Below, in pieces: positions 1 to 9,457 of a stretch of DNA of 58,954 bases. Made by a program: the position numbers and the translations under genes. The DNA is taken from contig VGSH01000002.1 in NCBI GenBank assembly GCA_016875025.1, forward strand, positions 1 to 58,954. The letters are read 5' to 3'. The notes below the pieces were generated by a model. The model saw only the letters and a program-made list of their open reading frames with translations. It did no database searches and had not been told where the DNA came from. This DNA comes from Deltaproteobacteria bacterium. Its GTDB lineage: Bacteria > Desulfobacterota > WTBG01 > CAIYCZ01 > CAIRTM01. Position 1 is the first letter of the stretch. Every line of letters begins with the position of its first letter.

Positions 1-1
1 C

Positions 2-241
2 GACGTGTTTATGCAGCCCTGCGCCGAAAAGGCTCTTGACGCCTCGCGCCTGACGTTTCTGGCGGCGTTTGAGCTGCACGCGGGCGGGCACGGCGATTAT
101 ATTGCGGCCGTGCAGTCCATGCCCGAAGATGCGCGTCTGTTTGCGCGCACCTGGCTGGAAGATGTTGTCGACGCGTACAGCGAGCATGCTGCGGCACTGC
201 TGCCGTCGCTGCGACTGTTCAGGAAAAAAACAGCGGCGTAG
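2..241 (+). CDS. C-terminal fragment of a CDS cut by the window edge (hypothetical protein)
   Basis: Frame open from base 2 to TAG 239-241. Strong G/C third-position bias like neighbouring genes. No motif recognised. Confidence 0.35.
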   Translation, partial: DVFMQPCAEKALDASRLTFLAAFELHAGGHGDYIAAVQSMPEDARLFARTWLEDVVDAYSEHAAALLPSLRLFRKKTAA

Positions 242-361
242 AAGGAATGCTGCCGCGTTGCGTCTCCAGCGTCCGAGACCGTGCCGCAACGTACCAAGGT
301 GCCGTCCTGACTCCATCGGCTTCGCGCAGGGCAGGCTTCGGGAGAAAAGCCGTATTGTTCA

Positions 362-434
362 GTCATTTCGACCGCAGGGAGAAATCCAGCGTTCGTTCAA
401 GATTTCTCACCGCCTGCGGCGGATTCGAAATGAC
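362..434. repeat. Family-A palindromic MITE-like element, minimal 73-bp copy
   Basis: Terminal inverted repeats GTCATTTCGA (362-371) and TCGAAATGAC (425-434). Internal arms CCGCAGGGAGAAATC ... GATTTCTCACCGCCTGCGG. Same termini and core recur at 14227-14405 and, degenerate, at 21665-21792. Confidence 0.7.
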
Positions 435-490
435 AGGAAAAATTAATTACGAAACAGTCCCTGAAGTACCTATCTGTTGAGCGGTGACAT

Positions 491-829
491 ATGGCAGTCA
501 GAAAAAAAGACACGTATTTTATCATCAGCTACCGTGATCCGGTCACTGAAAAGCATCTGACCGTCAAGGCCGGCACGGTCACAGACTCGTCGCTGGGCCT
601 GAGCTTCATCGCGATATCGGATTTTGTTTTCGATCAAAGCTCGCTGGTGGTCAACCCGCAGGAAGAGGATATGAAACGGCGCTTCGCTGAGGTCAAAACC
701 CTGCATCTTTCAATCTATACCGTGCTCTCCATCGAGGAAGTCGGGCCGCAGCATGCGGGCCTGCGCTTCAAAAAAGATAAGTCCAAACTGCTGGTGCTGC
801 CCGGCAGCGCTCCCGCGCATGGGGACTGA
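491..829 (+). CDS. DUF1820-like small protein
   Basis: 112 aa. The block FVFDQSSLVVNPQEEDMKRRFAEVKTLHLSIYTVLSIEEV resembles the DUF1820 family. Lies directly upstream of hrpB. Confidence 0.6.
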   Translation: MAVRKKDTYFIISYRDPVTEKHLTVKAGTVTDSSLGLSFIAISDFVFDQSSLVVNPQEEDMKRRFAEVKTLHLSIYTVLSIEEVGPQHAGLRFKKDKSKLLVLPGSAPAHGD

Positions 830-859
830 ACACGACTGCAGCCCAGGCATTGACGTTCC

Positions 860-3499
860 ATGAGCAGCGCGGTCCTGCCCATCAACACAATCCTTGATCA
901 GATCAGGTCTGTGCTGCGGCGCACAACTCGTCTTGTGGTGCAGGCCCCGCCCGGGGCCGGTAAAACCACGGTTATCCCACTGGCGTTGGTCGATGAGAGC
1001 TGGATCGAGGGCCGCAAAATAATCATGCTTGAGCCGCGCCGGCTTGCAGCCCGCGCTGCGGCCCGGCGCATGGCCGATCTGTCGGGTGAGCGCCTGGGCC
1101 GCATGGCCGGCTACCGCACCCGGCTTGACAGCTGCGCAGGGCCGCACACCCGCATTGAAGTCGTTACCGACGGCATTTTGACGCGCATGCTGCAGGCCGA
1201 CCCGGAGCTGCCCGGCGCCGGCCTGGTTATTTTCGACGAATTTCATGAGCGCTCGCTGCAGTCTGATCTGGCGCTGGCCCTGCTGCTGGATGCGCAGGCG
1301 GTCCTGCGGCCCGATGTGCGCGTGATCGTGATGTCGGCCACGCTTGACGCGGCCGCGCTTGCGCATGCCCTGCAGGCGGATGTTGTGAGCGCTGAGGGCC
1401 GCTGTTATGACGTCGTAACGCAGTACCGGGAGCGCGCTCTGCAGCATGCGCTTGAGCAGGAAGCAGCCCGGGAGGTCCTGCGCGCGCTGAGCTGCGAGCA
1501 GGGCAGCGTGCTCGTGTTTCTGCCGGGAGAGGCTGAAATCCGGCGCACAGCGGCACTGCTTTTAAAAAACGTGCCCGCAGACGCGCAGGTGGTGCCGCTG
1601 TACGGCAACCTGTCGCGCGCCGATCAGGACCGCGCTATTGCGCCGGCCGCGCCGGGCACGCGCAAGGTTGTGCTGGCGACCTCCATTGCCGAGACCAGCC
1701 TGACCATCGAGGGGGTGCGCGTGGTTATTGACTGCGGCCTTGCGCGCGTGCCCCGCTATGACGCGGGCGCCGACATGACAAGGCTTGCAACCCTGTCGGT
1801 CTCGCGCGCGGGCGCTGATCAGCGCCGGGGCCGGGCAGGCCGCAGCGAGCCCGGCGTGTGCTTCCGGCTGTGGACGCGCGCGCAGGACGCAAGCCTGCCC
1901 GGGCACTATGAGCCGGAAATAAAGAATGCCGATCTGGCCGCCTGCGCGCTTGAGCTTGCGCTCTGGGGCGTGGCTGACCCTTCAAAGCTTTTCTGGATCA
2001 CGCCCCCGCCTGCCGGGGCTTTCAAGCGCGCGCGTAAACTGCTGCTGCGCCTGGGCGCGCTTGATGCGCACGGCCGTATCACCGCTGAGGGTCGGCGCAT
2101 GGCCGGCATGGGCCTGCATCCGCGGCTTGCCTACATGGTGTGCCGGGGCCTTGAGCTTGGGCTGGGCGCTCTTGCCTGTGATCTGGCCGCACTTTTGAGT
2201 GAGCGCGACGTGCTGCGCATTGCCGGCAGTGCCCGTGATGCTGATATTGGCCTGCGCCTTGAGGCCCTGCAGGGCGCTGCCGTCTCAGGCTGCCGGGCTG
2301 ACGCGGCCGCCTGCCGCAGCGTGCTGGACGTCGCGGGCCGTTTGAAAAAGAAACTGGGGATCGATGGCACGGGAAGGGATGACATCGACAGCGCCGGCGT
2401 GCTGCTGGCGCATGCCTATCCTGACCGCATCGCGCAGAAACGCTCAGGGACGGAGTATTTGCTTGCCTGCGGGAGAGGTGCTTTTTTCCCGAATGTCGAT
2501 ACCCTGTGCGCGCATGAGTATCTGGCGGTTGCAACGCTGGACGGGGCTGCGCAGCGGGCGCGGATTTTTCTGGCTGCCCCGCTTGACCGGGAGCAGATTC
2601 TCAGATATTTCGAACCGCGCATAACCGTTGAAGAGCGCCTGGGCTGGGATGCACAGTCGCGCAGTGTCGTTGCCGAGCGCGTTCAGTGTCTGGACCAGCT
2701 TGTGCTGCGGCGCGAGCCATGGCGCGGAAAGCCTGATTGCGCGCGTGTACGCCGGGCCCTGCTTGACGGCATCACCGCGCTTGGCATCGCCTGTCTGCCC
2801 TGGACCGATGAGCTGCGCCAGTGGCAGGCGCGCGTTATGCTGCTGCGCTCAGTGTTCGGTGTCGAAACGTGGCCGGATGTCAGCGACGGGTATCTGTCCG
2901 CGCAGTATGAACGCTGGCTGGAACCGTATCTGGGCTCTGCGCGCCGACTCGACCAGGTGAGCGCGCGTGATCTGCAGGCAGCCCTGACTGCACTGCTGCC
3001 GGGCAGCGGGCATGCCGCGCTTGACCGGCTTGCTCCCCGCACCTGCCAGCTGCCCGGGGGGCGTCGCGTCCGGCTGCACTATCCTGCGGACGGCTCCCCG
3101 CCGGTGCTCTCAGCGCGCATACAGGACCTGTTCGGCCTGCGTGCTGTGCCGTCGGTTGCCGATGGACGGGTGCGGGTGCTCGTGCACCTGCTCTCGCCGG
3201 CTATGCGGCCGGTGCAGATCACGGCTGATCTGGACGGGTTCTGGAAGAACAGCTATCATGCGGTGAAAAAGAGCTCAAGGGCCGCTATCCGAAACACAGC
3301 TGGCCGGATGACCCGCTGCAGGCTGTGCCGCCGCGGCGGGTTAAATAGTGGGCTGTTGAAAAACACCCGTCTGCTGCGTTGCGCTCGTCATTCGTCACTG
3401 CGGCGTACGCAAAAGTACGCCTCATTCCTCATGACGTCGCGCGCCTTGCATCCGGGTATTTTTGAACAGCCCTCACAAGCGTTTTTACAACGCGGTTGA
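860..3499 (+). CDS. hrpB: ATP-dependent RNA helicase HrpB (DEAH box); 3' end apparently frameshifted
   Basis: Walker A APPGAGKTT, DEFHER box, HA2 and HrpB C-terminal region. The conserved terminal block KELKGRYPKHSWPDDPLQAVPPRRVK is readable only in the -1 frame after the A5 run at 3266-3270, and that frame stops at TAG 3346-3348. The ORF tail 3272-3499 as listed is out-of-frame read-through into a palindromic repeat. Confidence 0.9.
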   Translation: MSSAVLPINTILDQIRSVLRRTTRLVVQAPPGAGKTTVIPLALVDESWIEGRKIIMLEPRRLAARAAARRMADLSGERLGRMAGYRTRLDSCAGPHTRIEVVTDGILTRMLQADPELPGAGLVIFDEFHERSLQSDLALALLLDAQAVLRPDVRVIVMSATLDAAALAHALQADVVSAEGRCYDVVTQYRERALQHALEQEAAREVLRALSCEQGSVLVFLPGEAEIRRTAALLLKNVPADAQVVPLYGNLSRADQDRAIAPAAPGTRKVVLATSIAETSLTIEGVRVVIDCGLARVPRYDAGADMTRLATLSVSRAGADQRRGRAGRSEPGVCFRLWTRAQDASLPGHYEPEIKNADLAACALELALWGVADPSKLFWITPPPAGAFKRARKLLLRLGALDAHGRITAEGRRMAGMGLHPRLAYMVCRGLELGLGALACDLAALLSERDVLRIAGSARDADIGLRLEALQGAAVSGCRADAAACRSVLDVAGRLKKKLGIDGTGRDDIDSAGVLLAHAYPDRIAQKRSGTEYLLACGRGAFFPNVDTLCAHEYLAVATLDGAAQRARIFLAAPLDREQILRYFEPRITVEERLGWDAQSRSVVAERVQCLDQLVLRREPWRGKPDCARVRRALLDGITALGIACLPWTDELRQWQARVMLLRSVFGVETWPDVSDGYLSAQYERWLEPYLGSARRLDQVSARDLQAALTALLPGSGHAALDRLAPRTCQLPGGRRVRLHYPADGSPPVLSARIQDLFGLRAVPSVADGRVRVLVHLLSPAMRPVQITADLDGFWKNSYHAVKKSSRAAIRNTAGRMTRCRLCRRGGLNSGLLKNTRLLRCARHSSLRRTQKYASFLMTSRALHPGIFEQPSQAFLQRG
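3350..3472. repeat. 123-bp imperfect palindromic (REP/MITE-like) element
   Basis: Ends GGGCTGTTGAAAAA ... TTTTTGAACAGCCC are inverted repeats with 1 mismatch. Central hairpin GGCGTACGCaaaaGTACGCC. The arms pair imperfectly along the whole length. Confidence 0.65.
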
Positions 3500-3526
3500 A
3501 ATATTTTGCTGTAAAAGCGAGGACAT

Positions 3527-4006
3527 ATGCATGTATTCGTGATCATCGTGACCGCGCTTCTGATGCTGGCCGGCCTGGCCGGGGCAGTGCTGCCGGTTAT
3601 TCCGGGTCCTGCGCTGGTGCTGGCCGGAGCGCTGCTCTACGGCTGGTACGGCGATTTTGCGGTTATCACCTGGACTGCGCTCGCTGTGCTGGCGGTATTG
3701 ACCGGCCTGAGTTTCGTGCTTGATTACGCGGCCTCGATTATCGGCGCGCGCGCATTCGGTTCCGGCCGCTGGGGCATAATCGGCTCCTGCATCGGCGCCT
3801 GTGCCGGCTTTGTGGTGGCGAACGTTGCCGGCGCCGTTATCGGGATGATCGCCGGGGCCTGCCTGTTCGAGCTTGCCCGGGGCCGCGACCTGCGATCATC
3901 GCTCAAAATCGGATGCGGCACCCTTGTCGGCTTTCTGGCCGGCACGGTCGGCAAAGTGCTGCTCACTCTTGCCATGATCGTGATTGTTGTGCTGCAGCTT
4001 GTGTAG
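3527..4006 (+). CDS. DUF456-like integral membrane protein
   Basis: 159 aa, 4 hydrophobic helices, Gly/Ala-rich. N-terminal LAGLAGAVLPVIPGP is typical of DUF456. Confidence 0.6.
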   Translation: MHVFVIIVTALLMLAGLAGAVLPVIPGPALVLAGALLYGWYGDFAVITWTALAVLAVLTGLSFVLDYAASIIGARAFGSGRWGIIGSCIGACAGFVVANVAGAVIGMIAGACLFELARGRDLRSSLKIGCGTLVGFLAGTVGKVLLTLAMIVIVVLQLV

Positions 4007-4097
4007 TATGTTTTCCGGAGCGCACACCGGTATTTACAATCCGTTCATTATAGGATAGACTCGCCGGATTATTGGATCACCTTTTCAGGATACACCC

Positions 4098-5279
4098 ATG
4101 GATGCACCAGCAGCTGCGCTGCCCGAAAGCGTTACGACACATGTTCTCAAAGATGGGCGCACAGCCTATCTGATCGGAACAGCGCATGTCTCGCGCCACA
4201 GCGTTGATGACGTGCGCGCAACGATTGCCGCGCTCAAGCCCGACGCGGTTTGTGTTGAGCTGTGCCCTGCGCGCCACAGCGCCATGCTGCAGCGTGATAC
4301 CTGGCAGCAGATGAATATTTTCAGGGTTATCAGGGAGAAAAAAGCCGCGTTTCTGCTGGCCCAGCTTGTGCTGAGCTCCTTTTATCGCCGTATCGGCGAC
4401 CAGCTGGGAGTTCAGCCCGGCGCTGAAATGCTTGAGGCCGTGCGCCAGTGCGAACAAACCGGTGCGGCGCTTGTGCTTGCTGACCGGGCGGTCGACATAA
4501 CCCTGAAGCGTGTCTGGTCCGCCTTGTCGCTATGGAATAAACTCAAAATGATGGTGCATCTGCTGGCCGGCCTTTTTGTGACGGAAAAGATAGACGCGCA
4601 GCTGGTTGAGGATATGAAGAATAAAGACCAGCTCGAAAGTATTCTGGCAACGTTTACCGAAGCATTTCCTGAAATCAAGCGCCGCCTGATTGACGAGCGC
4701 GACGCGGTGCTGGCGCACAATATTCGCAGCGCGCCCGGCCACACCATTGTCGCGGTTGTGGGCGCGGGCCATGTGCCCGGCATTGTTCGCAGCCTGGATT
4801 GCGCTGAACGCGTGGATCAGTTTCTTGAACTGCCGCAGCGCTCACGGCTGGGATCGCTGCTGAAATGGTCGATTCCCGTCGGTATCGCCGGTCTGGTTGT
4901 GCTCGGTTTTTTCAGAGGAGGCCTTGACCACACGGTTGAGTCGATTTATATCTGGGTCCTGGTAAACGGGGCGCTGTCGGCTCTGGGCGCCGCAATTGCG
5001 CTGGCGCATCCCCTGACGATTCTGGCATGTTTCGTGGGCGCGCCGATTACCAGCCTGAATCCGATGATAGCCGCGGGATGGGTCGGCGGCCTGGTGCAGG
5101 CCTGGGTGCGCAAACCCACGGTGGCCGACCTTGAGAATCTGCCGGAGTCGATTGCGACATTCGGGGGTTTCTGGAAAAATCCGGCCTGCAGGATTCTGCT
5201 GGTGGTGGTTCTGGCCAATATCGGCAGCTCCCTGGGAACCTTTATTTCCGGCGGCTGGATCTTCGCCCGGGCCATGTAG
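4098..5279 (+). CDS. TraB/GumN (PrgY-like) family protein with C-terminal TM domain
   Basis: YLIGTAHVSRHSVDDV motif and VAVVGAGHVPGI. Four to five C-terminal TM helices. Confidence 0.8.
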   Translation: MDAPAAALPESVTTHVLKDGRTAYLIGTAHVSRHSVDDVRATIAALKPDAVCVELCPARHSAMLQRDTWQQMNIFRVIREKKAAFLLAQLVLSSFYRRIGDQLGVQPGAEMLEAVRQCEQTGAALVLADRAVDITLKRVWSALSLWNKLKMMVHLLAGLFVTEKIDAQLVEDMKNKDQLESILATFTEAFPEIKRRLIDERDAVLAHNIRSAPGHTIVAVVGAGHVPGIVRSLDCAERVDQFLELPQRSRLGSLLKWSIPVGIAGLVVLGFFRGGLDHTVESIYIWVLVNGALSALGAAIALAHPLTILACFVGAPITSLNPMIAAGWVGGLVQAWVRKPTVADLENLPESIATFGGFWKNPACRILLVVVLANIGSSLGTFISGGWIFARAM

Positions 5280-5295
5280 GTAAAGGGATACTGTA

Positions 5296-5631
5296 ATGGA
5301 TATATTTTTCAACAAAGATGACCGCCGCGCCAAGGACCGCTTCCAGGCCAATACCATGGTGCAGTATTTTATCAAACGGCGCAGCCTGCGCTACATGGAC
5401 TGCGAACTGGTCGATGTCAGCCGTAACGGTATTGCAATCCGGGTGCCGCTGTCGGAGGATATTACCACGGGCATGGACGTATCTCTTGAAATAACGGTGC
5501 CGGGCAGTATTGCCCAGATGACGTTTTCGGGCAGAGTGCACCGTGTGCTGCGCGGTGAGAAGATTCTGGCCGGCATAAAGTTTGACAGCGCGCTGGAGCA
5601 GGAGGTGCTTGAGCGGCTGATTGCCAGATGA
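5296..5631 (+). CDS. PilZ domain protein (paralog 1 of a tandem pair)
   Basis: 111 aa. N-terminal RRAKDRF (RxxxR-like) and DVSRNGIAI (D/NxSxxG) PilZ signature. Confidence 0.8.
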   Translation: MDIFFNKDDRRAKDRFQANTMVQYFIKRRSLRYMDCELVDVSRNGIAIRVPLSEDITTGMDVSLEITVPGSIAQMTFSGRVHRVLRGEKILAGIKFDSALEQEVLERLIAR

Positions 5632-5695
5632 AGCCGCCGGGGAGTCGGGCCGCCATACTGTGGAGGACAGCGCCCTGGAATCGTGGAGGACAGCG

Positions 5696-6031
5696 ATGGA
5701 TTTCTTTTTAGAAAGCAATGACCGTCGGGGCCATGAGCGCTTTGAGTGCAGGGCGATGGTGCAGTATTTTATCAAGAAACACAGCCTGCGCTACATGGAT
5801 TGCGAGCTGGTCGATGTAAGCCGCAGCGGCATGGGAATATCTATTGCCCTCCCGGAGGACATTGAGCCGGGCATGGAAGTGTCGCTTGAAATAACCATAC
5901 CGGGCAGCCTCGATCAGGTCACGGTACGGGGCACAATCCAGTGGTGTCAGCGGGGCGAGCGCATTCGGGCCGGTGTCAGGTTTGCGAACCTGCTGGAGCC
6001 GGAACTTATGACCAGGCTGATTGCGTGCTGA
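5696..6031 (+). CDS. PilZ domain protein (paralog 2 of a tandem pair)
   Basis: Start moved to ATG 5696 (MDFFLESNDRRGHERF). Collinear with 5296-5631: MVQYFIK..SLRYMDCELVDVSR.G. is identical in both. Confidence 0.8.
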   Translation: MDFFLESNDRRGHERFECRAMVQYFIKKHSLRYMDCELVDVSRSGMGISIALPEDIEPGMEVSLEITIPGSLDQVTVRGTIQWCQRGERIRAGVRFANLLEPELMTRLIAC

Positions 6032-6205
6032 TACGGCATCCGCTTCTGCAGCAGCGCGGGATTAGGAATCTATCCGCCTGAGACTGGGTGACAGTCACGG
6101 AATTATTGATTATACTAAAATTTTTAAAACTATGGAACAGACCTGCTGCCGGTGGATGTGCGTGCGTAACGCCGGTATGTACTATCACGTATGGGGTAGG
6201 GAGAT

Positions 6206-7114
6206 ATGACAACGTTACGCAGATGTCCGGTATGCCGGCATACGGTCAGCTCAGAGGACTGCACGCATTGTCCCGAATGCAGCGCGGCACTTTCGTTCGA
6301 CCTGCCTGTCTCAGACAGGGCGGTGCATGATATTTTACAAAACGTCAAACAACAGATTGACGCGATTGATGATGCCGCTGATGATGCGGGTCCGGTTGAC
6401 AGGGATATCGCGGCGATTCTGTCCGGCCGCGACTTCCAGTCGCTGCTGGGTGAAAGCAACAATGATGGAGAGGACATGCCTGCAGGGCAGGCATCCGGCG
6501 AGCCCCGCCCCGGGCCGGCCGCAGCCCCGCCGGCTGCTCCCGGCGGCAGTCACGGGAATGAACAACCCGATTTTCCCTCCGACAGCGCGCCCGATGCAGC
6601 AGGCCGGCAGAGCTCTTCTCCGTTCGGCACGGCGCTTGGTTCGTTGAAACACAAGCCTGAGACCCCGGATACGGAGGAACCGCAGCGCGGCTCCGACATA
6701 TGGGACCGTTATTCATTTCTGCTGGATGACGGGCCGGATTCCGGCGGCGCAGCCCCGCCCCCTGCGCCCGGCGCGCTGAAGCCGCGGACATGGTGGGGCC
6801 TCATGCGGCAGTCCCTGTACCTGCTGCTTGTCCTGCTTGCATGTATCATCCTTTTCAGGTTGTTCGCACCGAAGAAAAAAGAGTACACGATCGACGATTT
6901 TTTTCAGCCCGGCAAAACTGATGTTGAATTTCTCGATGCAATCGAGTATCTCGAAAAATATTATGAGCAGCATCCGGAACTGAAGCGCGGCACAGTGGTG
7001 CAGCAGGCTGATGAAGATCGGGCCGGGTCCGAGGCGGCATCCCGTTTCCGGGGCGGCTCTGAAAGCGGTGAGACCGCACAGGTTACTGAGAGTCCAGAGG
7101 AATCGGGCCCCTGA
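6206..7114 (+). CDS. Zinc-ribbon protein with long Pro/Ala/Asp-rich disordered region and one TM helix
   Basis: CPVCRH...CTHCPEC at the N-terminus. TM helix SLYLLLVLLACIILFRLF. No enzymatic motif. Confidence 0.6.
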   Translation: MTTLRRCPVCRHTVSSEDCTHCPECSAALSFDLPVSDRAVHDILQNVKQQIDAIDDAADDAGPVDRDIAAILSGRDFQSLLGESNNDGEDMPAGQASGEPRPGPAAAPPAAPGGSHGNEQPDFPSDSAPDAAGRQSSSPFGTALGSLKHKPETPDTEEPQRGSDIWDRYSFLLDDGPDSGGAAPPPAPGALKPRTWWGLMRQSLYLLLVLLACIILFRLFAPKKKEYTIDDFFQPGKTDVEFLDAIEYLEKYYEQHPELKRGTVVQQADEDRAGSEAASRFRGGSESGETAQVTESPEESGP

Positions 7115-7168
7115 GGCAGCGCCGGTTGCGGCCCCGGCGCGATCACCCTGTCCGCAGGGATACCACGC

Positions 7169-7939
7169 ATGATACGATCACTGATCCACACCATCGAACA
7201 TCAGTGCACTGCCTATTATCAGCCCATCGTCGAGCTTGACACCGGCCGGGTGGTCGGTTTCGAGTCGCTCACCCGCATCCGTGACGATAACGGCGCGGTG
7301 AGTTCGCCGGGCGCCTTCATCGACGAAATCGAGGGCGATATCGATACGCTGACCGCCCTTGTCAGGCAGATACTGTGCGCCATAGCCCACGACATGGTGC
7401 CGCTTTTCGAGCGCTATCCTGATTTTTATGTCAGCGTCAACATACCGCCCGCCATTTTAGGAACGCGCCGGGGAATTGATATCATCAAGGACCTGCACCT
7501 TGCACCCTATATCAGACGGCTTGTCGTCGAGGTTACAGAGCGCCAGTCCCTTACCATTGCCGGCTCTGCGGCCCTTGAATGGGCCAGTGCCAACGGCATC
7601 AGGATCGCCATTGACGATTTCGGCACCGGCAACAGCGGCATCAGCCAGATCGCCGGGCTCGATCTTGACATTCTCAAGATCGACCATGCCCTGGTCGCGC
7701 CGGTTCTTACCAGCCGGGCATCGGCCCGCATGCTGCGCGGTATCGTGGCCCTGGCCTCAGCCCTGCACATGCATACCATCGCCGAAGGCGTTGAGACGTG
7801 GGAACAGGCCTTTTTCATGCGGGCCGCCGGCGTTGATTACGGACAGGGATGGTACTGGAGCAGGGCGCTTCCTGCCGGAGACGTTGAAAAGGCTTTGAAT
7901 ACGGGCTTTGCAAACGAAACCGCGCCCCCGGAACCCTGA
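7169..7939 (+). CDS. Stand-alone EAL domain protein (c-di-GMP phosphodiesterase family)
   Basis: YYQPIVEL, EVTE, IAIDDFGTGNSG, KIDHAL, IAEGVET and GQGWYW motifs. Confidence 0.9.
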   Translation: MIRSLIHTIEHQCTAYYQPIVELDTGRVVGFESLTRIRDDNGAVSSPGAFIDEIEGDIDTLTALVRQILCAIAHDMVPLFERYPDFYVSVNIPPAILGTRRGIDIIKDLHLAPYIRRLVVEVTERQSLTIAGSAALEWASANGIRIAIDDFGTGNSGISQIAGLDLDILKIDHALVAPVLTSRASARMLRGIVALASALHMHTIAEGVETWEQAFFMRAAGVDYGQGWYWSRALPAGDVEKALNTGFANETAPPEP

Positions 7940-8011
7940 AGGCCGGTTGTTTGCAGGGTATCCTGTTCGTGTCCGGCGCCGGCCCACTGCCCCGTTCTGC
8001 CAAGTATTCTG

Positions 8012-8040
8012 TTGACAAGGGTTGATTTTTTACCTATAGA
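8012..8040 (+). promoter_or_regulatory. sigma70-like promoter for the OmpA/vWA gene
   Basis: TTGACA (8012-8017), 17-nt spacer, TATAGA (8035-8040). Confidence 0.45.
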
Positions 8041-8211
8041 ATAAAGCATTACCACGCCTGCCGGGCATGTACGCAGGCAGCCCATCAACAGCCTATGGAG
8101 CTCAAAATTCACGGGGCTTGTTCAGGCCTTGACATATAGCGGGTATCTGGATAATGTTCGGTTGCACGGATGTTAACACGGGTTTTTTTAACACATGAAA
8201 GGAACAGGGTT

Positions 8212-9273
8212 ATGAGAAAATGTCTTCAGTTAGTGCTATGCCTGATCGCGGTTACAGCATGGATGGGGTGCAGTGTTAAACAGCCGGCGCCTTTTTTTGA
8301 GCAGCCGGGCCTCGCGGCCAAGGTCAAAGCGGGCGAATATATTCAGGTTGTGGATAACTTCCTGATACTGCTTGACAACTCGCACACCATGCGGGATCCG
8401 TATGAGGGTGAACAGAAATTCTACCTGGCACAGTCGGCCGCGTTAAGTCTGAACGAAACCATTGCCGGCCTGAAGCTCAACGGCGGACTGCGTACCTTTG
8501 GCGCTCTGAGCATGTCGGCTGAATCGCGCACGAATCTTGTCTGCCCCGTGCAGCCCTATGCAGCAGCATCCTTTGCCGGCTGCATTACCGGCACGAAGGC
8601 CTCCTTCGGCAGCACGCCGCTGTATGAAGCTCTGGTTGCCGCTGCAGACGACATTGCAAATGTGAAAGGTAAAACCGCTATTATAATTATAAGCGACGGC
8701 AATTTCACCGGCGGCAGCCCCGCCGACGCCGTGACTATGCTGAAGCAGAAATACGGCGACAAGGTCTGTATTTCATCGATTACGATCGGCCGGGTCGGCG
8801 CATTGAGCGCTCTGACCACTCAGTCGCGCTGCGGCGCATACAGCTTGCTTGACGATGTCAAGACCGCGGACGGCATGGTCGATTTCGCCACGAAGGTATT
8901 TCTGGAGAAAGCACCGCCCAGGCCGATTGCGCCGGCAAAAATAATCATCAATTCCGTTCTGTTTGACTTTGACAGCAGCGTAATCAAGCCCGAAGCCGCA
9001 ATCGTGCTGAAGGAAGCCGCTGCAATGCTCAAGCAGAACGCAGGCAAGGCTGTCACGATCGAGGGGCACACCTGCTCAATCGGAACCGACCAGTACAATC
9101 AGGGCCTGTCCGAGCGGCGCGCGGGTTCGGTCAAAAAGTTTCTGGCTGACCAGGGTATTGACTGCGCGCGTATGAGTGCACAGGGCATCGGCAAAGCACG
9201 GCCTGTAGCTGACAACGCAACCGAAGACGGCCGCAGACGCAACCGCCGGGTTGAGTTTCATGTGAAGCAGTAA
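8212..9273 (+). CDS. Lipoprotein with vWA-like domain and C-terminal OmpA peptidoglycan-binding domain
   Basis: Lipobox WMGC after MRKCLQLVLCLIAV. MIDAS-like LLDNSHT. OmpA-C block TIEGHTCSIGTDQYNQGLSERRA...NRRVEF. Confidence 0.85.
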   Translation: MRKCLQLVLCLIAVTAWMGCSVKQPAPFFEQPGLAAKVKAGEYIQVVDNFLILLDNSHTMRDPYEGEQKFYLAQSAALSLNETIAGLKLNGGLRTFGALSMSAESRTNLVCPVQPYAAASFAGCITGTKASFGSTPLYEALVAAADDIANVKGKTAIIIISDGNFTGGSPADAVTMLKQKYGDKVCISSITIGRVGALSALTTQSRCGAYSLLDDVKTADGMVDFATKVFLEKAPPRPIAPAKIIINSVLFDFDSSVIKPEAAIVLKEAAAMLKQNAGKAVTIEGHTCSIGTDQYNQGLSERRAGSVKKFLADQGIDCARMSAQGIGKARPVADNATEDGRRRNRRVEFHVKQ

Positions 9274-9300
9274 GGCCGGGGTGATTCCTATGATACATAC

Positions 9301-9338
9301 ACGGGGATTTCGGACTCGTTCCGGATCCCCGTTTTTTT
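9301..9338 (+). terminator. Rho-independent terminator
   Basis: ACGGGGAT ... ATCCCCGT stem followed by a T7 run. Confidence 0.7.
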
Positions 9339-9457
9339 CATCTACGCGGCACGACCGGCCAATGCACAGGTGCATGCTGACCGCGCACATATCTTCCAGA
9401 CACGCGACGTCAGGGCTGCATGCAGGTACGTTTCACACGTGGTAACGGGCACTGATT

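Noticed and set aside
3349-3499. C-terminal extension of HrpB (…LLKNTRLLRCARHSSLRRTQKYASFLMTSRALHPGIFEQPS…)
   Set aside because: It is out-of-frame read-through after the A5-run shift. The stretch is a palindromic repeat element, and the conserved HrpB terminus ends at TAG 3346-3348 in the other frame.
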